Assembly (NCBI GenBank): GCA_963737635.1
Contig: CAVTTL010000001.1
Location: 608,001 to 672,000, forward strand
From: an uncultured Methanoregulaceae archaeon
GTDB taxonomy: Archaea > Halobacteriota > Methanomicrobia > Methanomicrobiales > Methanospirillaceae
Reading direction: 5' to 3'
Length of the DNA: 64,000 nt
A program made the translations under genes and the position numbers. This document shows positions 1 through 10,402 of the stretch, piece by piece. Below the pieces are notes generated by a model that saw only the letters and a program-made list of their open reading frames with translations, was not told the DNA's origin and ran no database searches. How positions within the stretch are numbered: the stretch's first letter is position 1; every line of letters starts with the position of its first letter.

Positions 1-71
1 TGGAGTCCGTAGATCATCACCAGCACGTCAATCCCGATGAGAATCGGGCTAAACCACTCAGGAAGGATCAT
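1..71 (-). CDS. Possible N-terminus of a membrane protein running off the window edge
   Basis: Manual translation MILPEWFSPILIGIDVLVMIYGL is hydrophobic; an AT-rich TTAAAA box lies about 25 nt upstream. Confidence 0.3.
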   Translation of the reverse strand, partial: MILPEWFSPILIGIDVLVMIYGL

Positions 72-206
72 CACGTACAGATGGATACCAGACTTTTAAG
101 AGATACCGGAATAAAAGTGGCTTTAGCGTAAATTGTGGACAATTTCTTTATGGAGATGTATAAATCTGTCATCCCACCATCCCTCATACCGGTGCACTAC
201 GCCGCA

Positions 207-637
207 TCACTTCACTACAAGCACCTTGCAGGGAGCTGAACGTATGATTTCTTCTGCCACGCTCCCAAGCAGGAGGCGCTCCAGTCCTTTTTTCCCTGCG
301 TCCCGATTACGATCAGATCGATCTTTTTCTTTGCAGCAAACTTCACCATCTCAGCAGCGGGACGCCCCTCAAGAATGGAGGTCTCAACTTCCATGCCACC
401 AGCCAGCAATCGTATCCGGGCAAATGCCTGCTCTGCCTCATCCTTGAAAACGCGATATGTATCCCCGAGAGGGATGTCCCCGGACATGGTTTAAAAGGTC
501 CCTGTATCGATAACGTACGTTGCAAACACAGAAGCCCCACACACGCGCGCAACTTTTATTCCCTCTTCAAGGGCAGCCCGGTTCTTTTCCGAGCCATCCG
601 TCGCAATCAGGATCCTCTCAAACAGTGGTTCAGTCAT
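207..637 (-). pseudogene. Universal stress protein (UspA family), disrupted
   Basis: MTEPLFERILIATDGS...[38 protein letters not shown]; in-frame TAA at 491-493 and a -1 shift in the run near 290. Confidence 0.85.
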
Positions 638-671
638 CGGCGATCTACCTCCTCTTTTAGTGCGGATACAC

Positions 672-1667
672 CTACTTACCGTTCTCTCCTGATACTTCTT
701 GCGGATCAGTGCTGGGGCTGTCGGTCCGGGATGCCCCATCGATCTCCTCAACGTATTTGTCGCCACACATTGCACAGAGCAGTGCGGCGATGAAAGAGAT
801 CCCTGCTCCGATGTAGAGAGAGAGAGCCAATGAGGGCATAAATGCCCCGGCAAGCATCTTCGGGAACCAGATTGCACCGGTGAGTGTGGCAAGTGTTGAT
901 GGAGAGATGCTCGAAAGCAGGGCGTAGGTGATACCGACGAGGAAAATAGTCAGGCCACCGATAAAGGAGAGGTTTCCCCAAATATCAATCTTCGGCAATT
1001 GTTTTTTGTACGCCGGCTCTTTGAGCTAGGAAGGCCCATATCGTCCCTACTACCCCAAACGGCACGCTGATCAGAAAAACGTATCTCCAGTTAACACCGC
1101 AAGGATCCCGCCTATCAGGAGGCCGACAAATTGTCCTGACAGTGCCGCCACCTGGTTGAGTCCGAGTGCTTTTCCCCGCTCATCCGGGGGAAACGTGTCG
1201 GTGAGGATCGCAGCACTATTAGAGAAAATAAACGCTGCTCCTACTGCCTGGACGAAGCGGAAACTGATGAGTTCGATTGCGCCGGCGTCACCAGTATCGG
1301 GGGTCGGGAAGAGAAGAAGCGAAACGGCCGTGAAAATAGCAAAACCGATGTTATAGAGCCGGACACGTCCGTAGATATCCGAAAGCCGACCAAAGCTGAG
1401 GAGAAGGGTGGCGGTCACAATCCCGTAGCCCATCAGGATCCAGAGCAAGTACTAGAATGATGTAAGTGGATTGATATTGATATCGTTGAAGATAGCGGGC
1501 AGGGAGATCAGAATGATACTCCCGTTTACCGCCGCCATAAACATGGCGATCGTTGTGTTCGAGAGCGCGATCCATTTATATCGGGGTTCCCGTGCAAGAG
1601 CTGCCGGTTCGGCGGCAGGTATCTGGGAACCTGATTCCGGTGGTTCTATTATATCCGAGGGTTTCAC
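672..1667 (-). pseudogene. DHA2/EmrB-QacA-type MFS transporter remnant
   Basis: Three fragments colinear with the paralog at 51578-53352; in-frame TAG at 1452-1454 (FQY to F*Y), frameshifts near 1030-1100, and a large internal deletion after GITYALL. Confidence 0.85.
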
Positions 1668-1698
1668 CAGATCCAGAACATATCCCGGATAATTTCAT

Positions 1699-1748
1699 CT
1701 GATACTCTATGTATAGAGCGCACTATACACTTTAGCATATAGTATCAG
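1699..1748. promoter_or_regulatory. Nested inverted repeats, putative repressor operator of the MFS-USP unit
   Basis: TGTATAG-N6-CTATACA (1710-1729) inside 13-bp arms CTGATACTCTATG / CATATAGTATCAG (1 mismatch), 30-80 nt upstream of the MFS start. Confidence 0.5.
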
Positions 1749-1831
1749 CGGGCACAGTGACATCTGGTGAAAGAGAAGCATCGCGGCTTACGGACCAAAG
1801 CCGGACGGCGGCAGCTAAAGAAAAATAATAA

Positions 1832-2533
1832 TTATTCGGGGAACTGTTTTTCCAGTGCCAATTTTGCTGCTTCCTGACAGGCTTCGGCGACGGTGTGGCC
1901 GGTGCCTTCGCCAAGAGGACCGGCATCATCGTATACGCCATACGTAAAAATGTACTTGTGTGGCGGACCTGCCCGTGATATCTCCCGGTAGACTGGTATT
2001 TCCTTTCCTTTTTTCTGGTACTGCTCCTGAAGACGCCCGATATAGTTTTTCGCGGGATCGTAGTGGTCGATCTCGCCTGCCATCAATTGATGCACGAAGG
2101 TGGATGTTGCCTCGTACCCGGTATACGCATACATTGCACCGATACAGGCTTCAATTGCCCCGCCTTTTATGGTATCTCCATAGGCCTTTTGTTGCCCAAT
2201 CTGCTGAGGAATGAGCCAAGTGTCATCAATACCACAGCGTTTGGCAATCTCCGCAAGGGAATCATTTGAGACAACACCCATCATCTTTGTCATTTCACCT
2301 TCCCGCTGGGGAGGGACGCGGCAAAAGAGCATGTTTGCTACGATGAGGTTTATGACACGATCTCCCAGAAACTCAAACCGCTGCCAATCCTCTTTTGAAA
2401 CATTCCAGGTAACCGGATTATCAAGGGAAGTATCTCCGTTATATATCCGGATAAATTCCCTGATTTTAGAGGGGACAGATGATGTAGGATCGTTGAGCGT
2501 CTGACAGATCGTTGAGCCGGTCTTAGTGTCCAT
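1832..2533 (-). CDS. rnc: Ribonuclease III family protein (RIIID + dsRBD)
   Basis: QRFEFLGDRVINL signature, EGEMTKM...VSNDSLA, AIEACIGA; C-terminal dsRBD (YIGRLQEQYQ...GPPH...GEGTG...AEACQEAAKLAL). Confidence 0.88.
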   Translation of the reverse strand: MDTKTGSTICQTLNDPTSSVPSKIREFIRIYNGDTSLDNPVTWNVSKEDWQRFEFLGDRVINLIVANMLFCRVPPQREGEMTKMMGVVSNDSLAEIAKRCGIDDTWLIPQQIGQQKAYGDTIKGGAIEACIGAMYAYTGYEATSTFVHQLMAGEIDHYDPAKNYIGRLQEQYQKKGKEIPVYREISRAGPPHKYIFTYGVYDDAGPLGEGTGHTVAEACQEAAKLALEKQFPE

Positions 2534-2542
2534 AAAAATGGA

Positions 2543-3187
2543 TCATGCCGGGGATTCCGGAGCAGTCTTTCGCTCTACAATAACTCTTCCGTTCTCAGCG
2601 GAAAGAACGAAACCAAGATCTTCGAGATACTTCCTACTCTTTCCCGTTCCGTGGGTAAGGAGTTCTACGAGATCCTCTTTCTCATCGATGTCTGTATGAA
2701 GCAAAAATGAATCTATCACTTCACATGAAAGCCCGGCTTCTTGTGCTATCCGCATGTGCTTTGAAAAACTCATTCCATAATAATCGACGTGGAATTTCGC
2801 GGGTTCGCTGACAAATATCGCATTTGTCCCTCCGCCCCTGCCGGGCACGATCGCGATGTCGCTTTTGGTAGAGATAACCCTGAGAATAGCCGGGCCGGTC
2901 GCAAGAGGAAGGTCGGCCATGAGGATGAGGACCGGTCCTGCCGCCTGTGAAAGTACTTCATTTAATGTGCCACTCAGGTCCTTATCGGCGATGGTAACTT
3001 GAGTTTCCTCACTATCGAAGAGCTCGGTGGCAATGATCACAGGGCGACAATTTGCATCTTTTGCTGCAGCAATAACGTCCTCGAGCATCACACGCGCAAA
3101 CATTTCCCGTTCGTCTATTGAAAGTACACCGGAAAGCCGGCTCTTAGGGCCTGCTGGCTTAAAAGGAATCAGTACATGGGGACACAT
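2543..3187 (-). CDS. cofC: 2-phospho-L-lactate/PEP guanylyltransferase (F420 biosynthesis)
   Basis: LIPFKPAGPKSRLS, MLEDV, MADLPL, GRGGGTNA, HTDIDEKEDL motifs. Confidence 0.93.
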   Translation of the reverse strand: MCPHVLIPFKPAGPKSRLSGVLSIDEREMFARVMLEDVIAAAKDANCRPVIIATELFDSEETQVTIADKDLSGTLNEVLSQAAGPVLILMADLPLATGPAILRVISTKSDIAIVPGRGGGTNAIFVSEPAKFHVDYYGMSFSKHMRIAQEAGLSCEVIDSFLLHTDIDEKEDLVELLTHGTGKSRKYLEDLGFVLSAENGRVIVERKTAPESPA

Positions 3188-3398
3188 GTCGTACGTTCAT
3201 TTGCAGGACAATCAAAAAAAGATGCTGATATCATTCTCACGGAGTACTCCCGATACATTGTCAAAGATCGCAAAAGACGGTACCAATAGAGACGCAATAC
3301 CCTACTGAGACGGGTGTCCAATAAGATTGTTCGGCAGAATCCCTCACAATTCTAAGGTATGCAAAGGCGGGTGAACTAATAAAAAGACCTCCGGGGGT

Positions 3399-4444
3399 CT
3401 ACCCGGGTCCGGTGCCCTCTTTCCTGAACTTTTCGACGGGAATGCGAATCTCGAACCGTGCACCTTCGCCGGGAACCCCGGTTTCACTGATCGTCATGCA
3501 GGTAATCGCAAGAATCTCCCGGACCAGAAAGAGTCCCCAACCGGTATACTTGCCAAACCCGCGCTCGAATATCCGCTCTTTGTCAGCGGCAGGAATACCA
3601 TTGCCATCATCCTCAACGACCAGTACCGCATCTTTCTCTTCTTCATGAACGGATACACGGATGTTCGAGACTTTTTTGCCGTGGCGGACTGCATTGTCCA
3701 GCAGTCTGAGTTACCGCTTTTTCAAAAGAAAGATCTGCGAAGACCGCTGCATTTCCAGTGATATCTGTTACCGTGACACCATTTAAGGTGACAAGATCAC
3801 CGGCACGCCGGAACACTGATGAGAGCGTCTGCCAGACCGGAGGTTCAGTCCCAAGATTCTGGTAGTCCTTTGCGAACTGGAACTGTCGCCGGATTTTATC
3901 AAGGGCAAACCGTTCCTTTTCAATGTACGATCGCAGCTGCGGATCATCTGTTGACATCTCCAGCAGCTCGGTATAGCCGCTGACCGCGGTAAGCTGGTTG
4001 ACTACATCGTGACGGGTGACGCTTCCAACGATGTTGAGTTTTTTGTTCAGGAACGCAACTTCTTCCTCCATCCGGCGGTGTGTCAATACTTTTTCAACCA
4101 GCTGTCTTAGCACCGGGTACCATATATCCGAGGCACCCGACATGACCATATACTCTGCGTTGTTTGCTACCGAAATACCGAAAGTGTCAGGATCATACAC
4201 TTTCGCAAGGATAATTACCGGAAGTTCGATCCCTTGCACTCGGAGGTTCTTTAAGAACAGGATACCGTCCTGTCCTTGGTCCTGAACGGCAATCACCAAG
4301 CCTGGTTCGCCGGGCAAGACTCCGGCTGATAGTTACTTCGGGAGAGGCAGAGGCGATTACGCAATAGGCTCCGGTACCGGTAAGGTAGTCTTTAAGGGCA
4401 GCACTGCGGTCGGCATTTGCATCGATAACAATGAGAGGTATCAC
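3399..4444 (-). CDS. Hybrid receiver-like/histidine kinase, split by two +1 frameshifts (likely sequence errors)
   Basis: Receiver-like N-terminus; H-box TRHDVVNQL; third frame gives LLDNAVRHG, EDDGNGIP, RGFGKYTGWGLFL; extra bases near 4333 and 3705. Confidence 0.8.
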
Positions 4445-4585
4445 GGACTACCACCGAACAATTCTTGAACTCTATGAACATCTATTTCGCCGGGATCATA
4501 TAAATGCCATCCAGAGATAATGCATATCTGCGCATACACTTTCCTGCCGCTAGTTTTTAAAATGTTCAAAAAGGAAGCGTACTTT

Positions 4586-5575
4586 ATGCAGTCGCGGGTA
4601 ATCACCTTTACAAAAAACGTCTTTTTGCCGCTCACCAGCGTCTGCCGCAACCGGTGTGGGTACTGCTCATTCCGCACTCCTGTACGGGAGGGCTGTGTCA
4701 TGATGCCGAACGAAGTGGAGGCCATCCTTGTGCGCGGGAAAGAGGCGGGTTGTACCGAAGCGCTTTTTACTTTCGGTGAGCATCCGGAGGAAGAGAATGG
4801 GTTTGGCTCATACCTGAAAAAAACCGGTTATACTACTATTCTCGATTACTGTGAAGAGATGTGCCGTCTGAGCATACGGCATGGGATTCTCCCACACACA
4901 AATGCCGGCATCCTTACCTACGACGAAATGAAACGGCTTCGGACCGTAAATGCCAGCATGGGGCTGATGCTGGAGACTACTGCACGGATACCCGCGCACC
5001 AGGGATCAAAGGGAAAGGAACCAGAAGTACGCCTTGCAATGATAGAGGAAGCGGGAAAACTCAAAATCCCATTTACTACCGGCCTGCTCCTAGGGATCGG
5101 GGAGACGCTCGCTGATCGCAAAGCGTCCCTTGTGGCAATAAGAGATATTCACCGGAAATACGGGCACATCCAGGAGGTCATCCTCCAGAACTTTTGTCCT
5201 AAAAATGGCACTCCTATGGCGGCATTCCGGGTGCCGGACACACAGGAGATCTGCGATACGATAAAAACGGCGCGCCAAATCCTCCCACAGGAGATCGCCA
5301 TCCAGATAGCCCCAAATCTCATTGATGCGTCGCGGCTTATCCCATACGGAGTTGACGACCTTGGGGGAGTATCCCCGGTTACCATCGACTACGTGAACCC
5401 TGAGCATTCCTGGCCTGCGATTGAGGATCTTGAACAAATCGTGGGTAATGCGACGCTCTGCGAACGCCTCTGCATTTACCCCCGGTTTATTCATATGGGC
5501 TGGTATGACCCCGGCCTGCAACTCCTAATAAACCAGCTCGACCAAAATATTAGGATAAGGAGCAGGCAACCTTGA
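4586..5575 (+). CDS. cofG: FO synthase subunit 1 (radical SAM)
   Basis: ITFTKNVFLPLTSVCRNRCGYC, LPHTNAG, SMGLMLET, DLGGVSPVTIDYVNPE. Confidence 0.95.
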   Translation: MQSRVITFTKNVFLPLTSVCRNRCGYCSFRTPVREGCVMMPNEVEAILVRGKEAGCTEALFTFGEHPEEENGFGSYLKKTGYTTILDYCEEMCRLSIRHGILPHTNAGILTYDEMKRLRTVNASMGLMLETTARIPAHQGSKGKEPEVRLAMIEEAGKLKIPFTTGLLLGIGETLADRKASLVAIRDIHRKYGHIQEVILQNFCPKNGTPMAAFRVPDTQEICDTIKTARQILPQEIAIQIAPNLIDASRLIPYGVDDLGGVSPVTIDYVNPEHSWPAIEDLEQIVGNATLCERLCIYPRFIHMGWYDPGLQLLINQLDQNIRIRSRQP

Positions 5576-6345
5576 AACAACAAAACCTCCTCTATACCGG
5601 CAAAGCCAAATCGGTCTACTACACCGATGTGAAAGGAAAGCTGATTGTCGAATTTCGTGATGATATCACCGCTTTTGACGGGGGCAAAAAAGATACACTC
5701 AAAAACAAGGGCAGTTACAATGCCGGTGTCTCTGCATTCTTTTTTTCCCATCTGGAAAAAAACGGTGTAAAAACGCATTTTCTCGATATGCTGGATGAAA
5801 ACAGGATGGTTGTCCGCAAATTGTCCATGATACCTCTTGAAGTGATCGTCAGGAATTTCGCGGCTGGCTCAATCGTCAGGAACTACCCGTTTAAAGAGGG
5901 GAGCCCCTTGAAACCCCCGGTGATCGTAATCGATTATAAGGACGATTCCCGGCATGACCCGATGCTCAACGACGATCTTATTGTGGCGCTCAGGCTCGCG
6001 ACACCGGCTCAGCTCAAAAAAATAAAGGCGATCTCGCTGAGGATCAATACGCTTCTCTCAGGCCTGCTTGCAAAACAGGGGATTACCCTGGTGGATTTCA
6101 AGATGGAGTTTGGATGGCAGGGTAAAACCATCTACCTCGGTGACGAGATCAGCATGGACTCAATGCGCCTTTGGGACAAAAAGACCGGAGAATCTCTCGA
6201 TAAAGATGTGTACCGGTTCAACAAAGGGGATGTAATGGCGACGTACGACCGGGTTGCGGCGCGAATTATAAAGACAAAATCTCCTGCTTCGAAAAAAGAG
6301 CTCCCGAACAAGAGAAAGGCTAAAACTGCAAAGAAAGTAAAATAA
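5572..6345 (+). CDS. purC: SAICAR synthetase
   Basis: LLYTGKAKSVY, IPLEVIVRN, LVDFKMEFG, DEISMDSMRLWD, LDKDVYR. Confidence 0.96.
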   Translation: MKQQNLLYTGKAKSVYYTDVKGKLIVEFRDDITAFDGGKKDTLKNKGSYNAGVSAFFFSHLEKNGVKTHFLDMLDENRMVVRKLSMIPLEVIVRNFAAGSIVRNYPFKEGSPLKPPVIVIDYKDDSRHDPMLNDDLIVALRLATPAQLKKIKAISLRINTLLSGLLAKQGITLVDFKMEFGWQGKTIYLGDEISMDSMRLWDKKTGESLDKDVYRFNKGDVMATYDRVAARIIKTKSPASKKELPNKRKAKTAKKVK

Positions 6346-6406
6346 AAATTTAGCAATATATATAATGACGAGTGAGTATTCATAACAGAAGATATGGTGG
6401 ACTAGC

Positions 6407-6688
6407 ATGGCTGAGGATCCGGAAAATGAAGCTGATACGCTCAAATGGGCCCAAGGAATTGCCCGCAAGAACAGGTGGGTACTCAATCCCGACGAAAATC
6501 ATCTTCAAACCGTGATCCGGGGGCTTGTACGGAACAAAAAGAAGTTCGGGAGACCTTACTGTCCGTGCCGCATTCGAAGTGGCGATGAGGAGCGTGATCG
6601 TGCCATAGAATGCCCGTGCATATACCACAAAGACGAGATCGCAAATGAAGGGCATTGTCACTGCCTGCTGTATTATAAAAAGACGTGA
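6407..6688 (+). CDS. Ferredoxin:thioredoxin reductase catalytic-subunit-like protein
   Basis: YCPCR...ECPC...CHCLLY motif set. Confidence 0.9.
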   Translation: MAEDPENEADTLKWAQGIARKNRWVLNPDENHLQTVIRGLVRNKKKFGRPYCPCRIRSGDEERDRAIECPCIYHKDEIANEGHCHCLLYYKKT

Positions 6689-6721
6689 GAATGCTCTTTT
6701 TCTTTTATTGCTGGTTATCAT

Positions 6722-7216
6722 ATGATTACAACAGCGTCCGGTCCAGCAAAACATCACGGTCTCGACCCGATCTCAGGAAAGGATCCTGAAATTCTCATTC
6801 TTGGCAGTTATCCCAGCTGTCAGTCACTTGCAAAAGGCGAGTATTACGGTAATCCGCGGAACCAGTTCTGGAAGATTATGGAGGCATTGCTTGGGATCAA
6901 CAGTACCCTGCCATATACCGTCCGCACCTCCCTGCTCGCCGAGTACCGGATCGCTCTCTGGGATATCCTTTTTACGTGTACCCGTAACGGGAGCGCTGAT
7001 ATTACGATCCGGGAGCCAGTCCTCAACGATATCCGGGGGTTCGTTGCAGCTCACCCGACAATCCGGTGCATCGCGCTCAATGGAAATACTGCCGGACATT
7101 ACTTTAAGACACTGATCCCTGAATTACCTTGTATCGTCCTACCCTCGACTAGTCCTGCATATGCCCGCTTGACCCTGGCACAAAAAGCACAGCACTGGGC
7201 GTGTATCCTTACGTAA
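6722..7216 (+). CDS. DNA-deoxyinosine (hypoxanthine) glycosylase, UDG family 6
   Basis: ILILGSYPS..SL..GEYYGNPRNQFW, IALWD, LPSTSPA. Confidence 0.87.
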   Translation: MITTASGPAKHHGLDPISGKDPEILILGSYPSCQSLAKGEYYGNPRNQFWKIMEALLGINSTLPYTVRTSLLAEYRIALWDILFTCTRNGSADITIREPVLNDIRGFVAAHPTIRCIALNGNTAGHYFKTLIPELPCIVLPSTSPAYARLTLAQKAQHWACILT

Positions 7217-7249
7217 CGCTCCGTTAAAAGAGATTTTGCCTTGATGTCA

Positions 7250-8906
7250 TCACCGTTCAAGGCGCAATTTCAGGAAGATGACGTGGTAGATCGCATAGAA
7301 CCCGCAAAGAACCGCCGCAGTATAACCGAGCACGGCGACCCAGATAACTTCCTTTGGCATGGTGATAGGCGATGCTTGTAGCACGAGCGATGACCCGACA
7401 ACGAGAGCAGCCACCACAAGGCCGATCATGATCTTGTCGCTAGCACGGTCAAGCGCCATCTGGAGTTTCTTTAAGTCAGTATCGACTACTTCCAGTCTGA
7501 CAGTGCCGGTCGAAAGACGCTTGAGCATCATGTTTACGTTGCGGGGAAGGTCAAATGCCGCGTCTACGGCATCAAGAAGTGAATTGGACGCCCGCTTCAT
7601 GTAACCGGCAGAAAGCACGTTGGAGTCGGCAAGCTTGCGTATGTAGGGGGTGATCTCTCCCCCAAAGCTGAACTTGGGATCAAGCCGTACAGCTGACATC
7701 AAAGACCATAACAAGGGTCTTTAAAAGGAGCATCAGGCTCATCGGAACCTTGAGATTATAACGCCGCATCACCTCAGTGAGCTCGTTTATCATGAGGCCG
7801 AAATTGAACTGGACGATCTCGTCCCCTCCGCCGAAATCGTGCATCATGATATAGAGATCATCACGGAGTGCCTCACGGTTTTCCTCGGCAACAAAGATCC
7901 CAAATCCTTCGAGCGCTTTTATGATCATATCGACATCGTCGGTGGTCAGAGCAAAGAGCAGATTGATGAAAAGCTGCTTCTTCTCAGGCCGCAATACCCC
8001 GACAATGCCAAAGTCAAGGAACACTAGGTCTCCCATCTCAGAAACGAGAAGGTTGCCGGGATGGGGGTCACCATGGTAAAATCCATCCTCGAAAATCATC
8101 TTAAGGTATGCATTGAATCCCCGGACTGCAATATCGTGCGTATTACATCCCTGCGCAGTGATCGCCTCAACGTTGTCTACCCGCACTCCCTTGATAAACT
8201 CCATGACGAGTAACCGGGGGGATGAATATTCCCAGTAAATTTTCGGGAAATGGATTCCGGGGACGTCGCGGAAGTTACGTGCCATCCGTTCCGCATTCCT
8301 GCCGTCGCGGGTGAAGTCCAGTTCTTTTCTTATCTGGGTGGCAAAATCCTGCACGAGTCCGGTTGGATTGTACATCCTGCTTTCCGGAAAAACGGCTTCG
8401 ATCCGTTCTGCCATGGACTGGAGAATAGCAAGGTCGTTCTCGATGAGTTCCGGGATCCCGGGTCGCTGAACCTTGAGCGCGACGACCGTTCCATCTTTGA
8501 GAACCGCACGGTGAACCTGACCGATCGATGCGGAGGCAACCGGGGACTCATCAATCTCACAGAACCAGTCTTCCAGTTTCGGGCAGGTTTCATTAATCAC
8601 ACCGACAACTTCAGAGAACGGCAGCGGTTTTGCATGATCCTGAAGTTTCTTGAGCTGTTCGATGAGCTCCGGGGGGAAGATCTCCGTTCTCGTGCTCATG
8701 ATCTGCCCGAATTTTACAAAAGTGGGCCCAAGTTCTTCAAGAGCTAGCCGCACCCGTTCATAAATCGTGGATCGATCCGACGCCTGTTCTGTGCCAGGAA
8801 GACGGAACCGGGTCTTGCCCGGGAAGGCTTTCTCCAATGCGATGCCAAAGCCGTACTTCCACAGGATATCGATGATCTGCGCATACCGCCGGATACGGGT
8901 GACCAT
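7250..8906 (-). CDS. AarF/ABC1/UbiB atypical kinase, one +1 frameshift near 7694
   Basis: LGPTFVKFGQ, ASASIGQVHRA, VALKVQRP, YHGDPHPGN, LDFG; C-terminal two TM helices continue in the 7250-7714 frame. Confidence 0.9.
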
Positions 8907-9034
8907 GGATACAGTTTGGCATTTGGGATACTTAACACTGGCTTTTCCTCTTCAATGCCGGACTATAGCACCGTAGTGATGCCGGGCTACAACTCAAAGG
9001 ACGAGCTGATTTACAAGAATCGCTATAAAGTGGA

Positions 9035-10282
9035 CTAGGTCTTGGAAAAGACCACTATCCGGTTCGTGTTTGTGCCGGATCGGTTATTGTCTATCCCCCA
9101 TATATGAGAAGTCTTCGAAAATGCCTGCTGGTTGATAATGATCCCTTCACAGGTAAACCCTGCAGCAACACCCAGTGGCATCACCTGCTCTTCGAGACGG
9201 ACCGTGTTCTTCCGGACCTCGCCAACTTCGAAGGCAACATAGCCACCGGGGGCAGTGATCCGAAAAAGCTCCCTGAATACGTCACCCATCACATCTCCCC
9301 AGTCCTTGATCGTTCTCGCCATCGTAATAGTGCGGCCTACCTCCTTTTCATCAAAGCCACAGAACCAGCACCGGAGCCAGTTGTCATCACGGTATTGGAC
9401 GACATCAAGGAACGGCGGTGATGTAACCGTAAGATTGATCGTATCAGAGCCAATTCCCGGGGTCGATCGAGCATCACAGGTAAGAAAACGGGCATCGGCT
9501 CCCGCACGGCGAAGATTATCAATGTCAGCCGATGTCAAGCCGGAGATTAGGCTCTTTGTTTTGCGCACGATGAGCCGGTGAGTGTCACGATATTCCGGCA
9601 CTTGACACCGCTTCCGGTTTATCCTCTCCTGACTTTTTTGCGATACCGCCTGGTTTGGCGGGAGGGTATATACCGAAAAAAAACCGCTCGAATGGCCAGT
9701 CAGGCGGTTAGTTGCCACCATTGCAATCCAGTGATCGATGGTATCCACATTATCATCCTCCTTTCTTTCGATCAGGTACTGGCGCAGTGCTACAATCTCG
9801 CGTTCGGTGTCCGGGTGATAGAACATCGAGAGATCGCGATCTCCCCTGTCACCATCCCGTGGGATGGTTGCAAGTCGCAAAGCTACCTCTTCTACGCTAG
9901 GTGGATGAAATCGTGGCTCGGAGAGAATCTGCGAGAGAGGGTTCGCATCATTTGCAATCACGCACCGGCAAAGAAGCCCGGCCTCGATTGCTGTAGTTCC
10001 ACGTCCGCTAAACGGGTCATACACAAAATTGCCCTTCTGGGTTAGGAAATCAATAAAAAACCTAGGTAGCTGAGGTTTGAAACAGGCACGATAGGAAATC
10101 TCCTGAATTGAAGAGGCTTGGCGCTGGCGGGAAGTCCAGAACTCCCCGGTGTATTGCTTGACACCGTGCGACCCAGCGATCTCTTCCTCAAGTATCGGTT
10201 CTCCCGATGGTCCCTTAAACCCTGCAAGAAACGCATGAAATGAAGGAACGTTTTTTTTGGACCGGCTTTTCATCAGGATCAC
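9035..10282 (-). CDS. Amino (N4-C or N6-A) DNA methyltransferase, no adjacent endonuclease
   Basis: Motif I VYDPFSGRGTT then motif IV LTVTSPPF. Confidence 0.82.
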   Translation of the reverse strand: MILMKSRSKKNVPSFHAFLAGFKGPSGEPILEEEIAGSHGVKQYTGEFWTSRQRQASSIQEISYRACFKPQLPRFFIDFLTQKGNFVYDPFSGRGTTAIEAGLLCRCVIANDANPLSQILSEPRFHPPSVEEVALRLATIPRDGDRGDRDLSMFYHPDTEREIVALRQYLIERKEDDNVDTIDHWIAMVATNRLTGHSSGFFSVYTLPPNQAVSQKSQERINRKRCQVPEYRDTHRLIVRKTKSLISGLTSADIDNLRRAGADARFLTCDARSTPGIGSDTINLTVTSPPFLDVVQYRDDNWLRCWFCGFDEKEVGRTITMARTIKDWGDVMGDVFRELFRITAPGGYVAFEVGEVRKNTVRLEEQVMPLGVAAGFTCEGIIINQQAFSKTSHIWGIDNNRSGTNTNRIVVFSKT

Positions 10283-10402
10283 TTTCGCAGAATACCGGTG
10301 TGCAGGACAATCGTATATCTCCTGTGTTCCGGAAAGGAGGCACAGAAAATAAGCGCCCCATTAGGGTTTGGCGAATCACCTCCGCTACGATGATGAAATG
10401 AC

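Noticed and set aside
1452-1454. In-frame TAG read as pyrrolysine
   Set aside because: It aligns to CAG (Gln) in the paralog, and the gene has other frameshifts and a large deletion
6722-10282. Glycosylase, kinase and methylase as a defence system
   Set aside because: Mixed orientations, common housekeeping families and no effector nuclease
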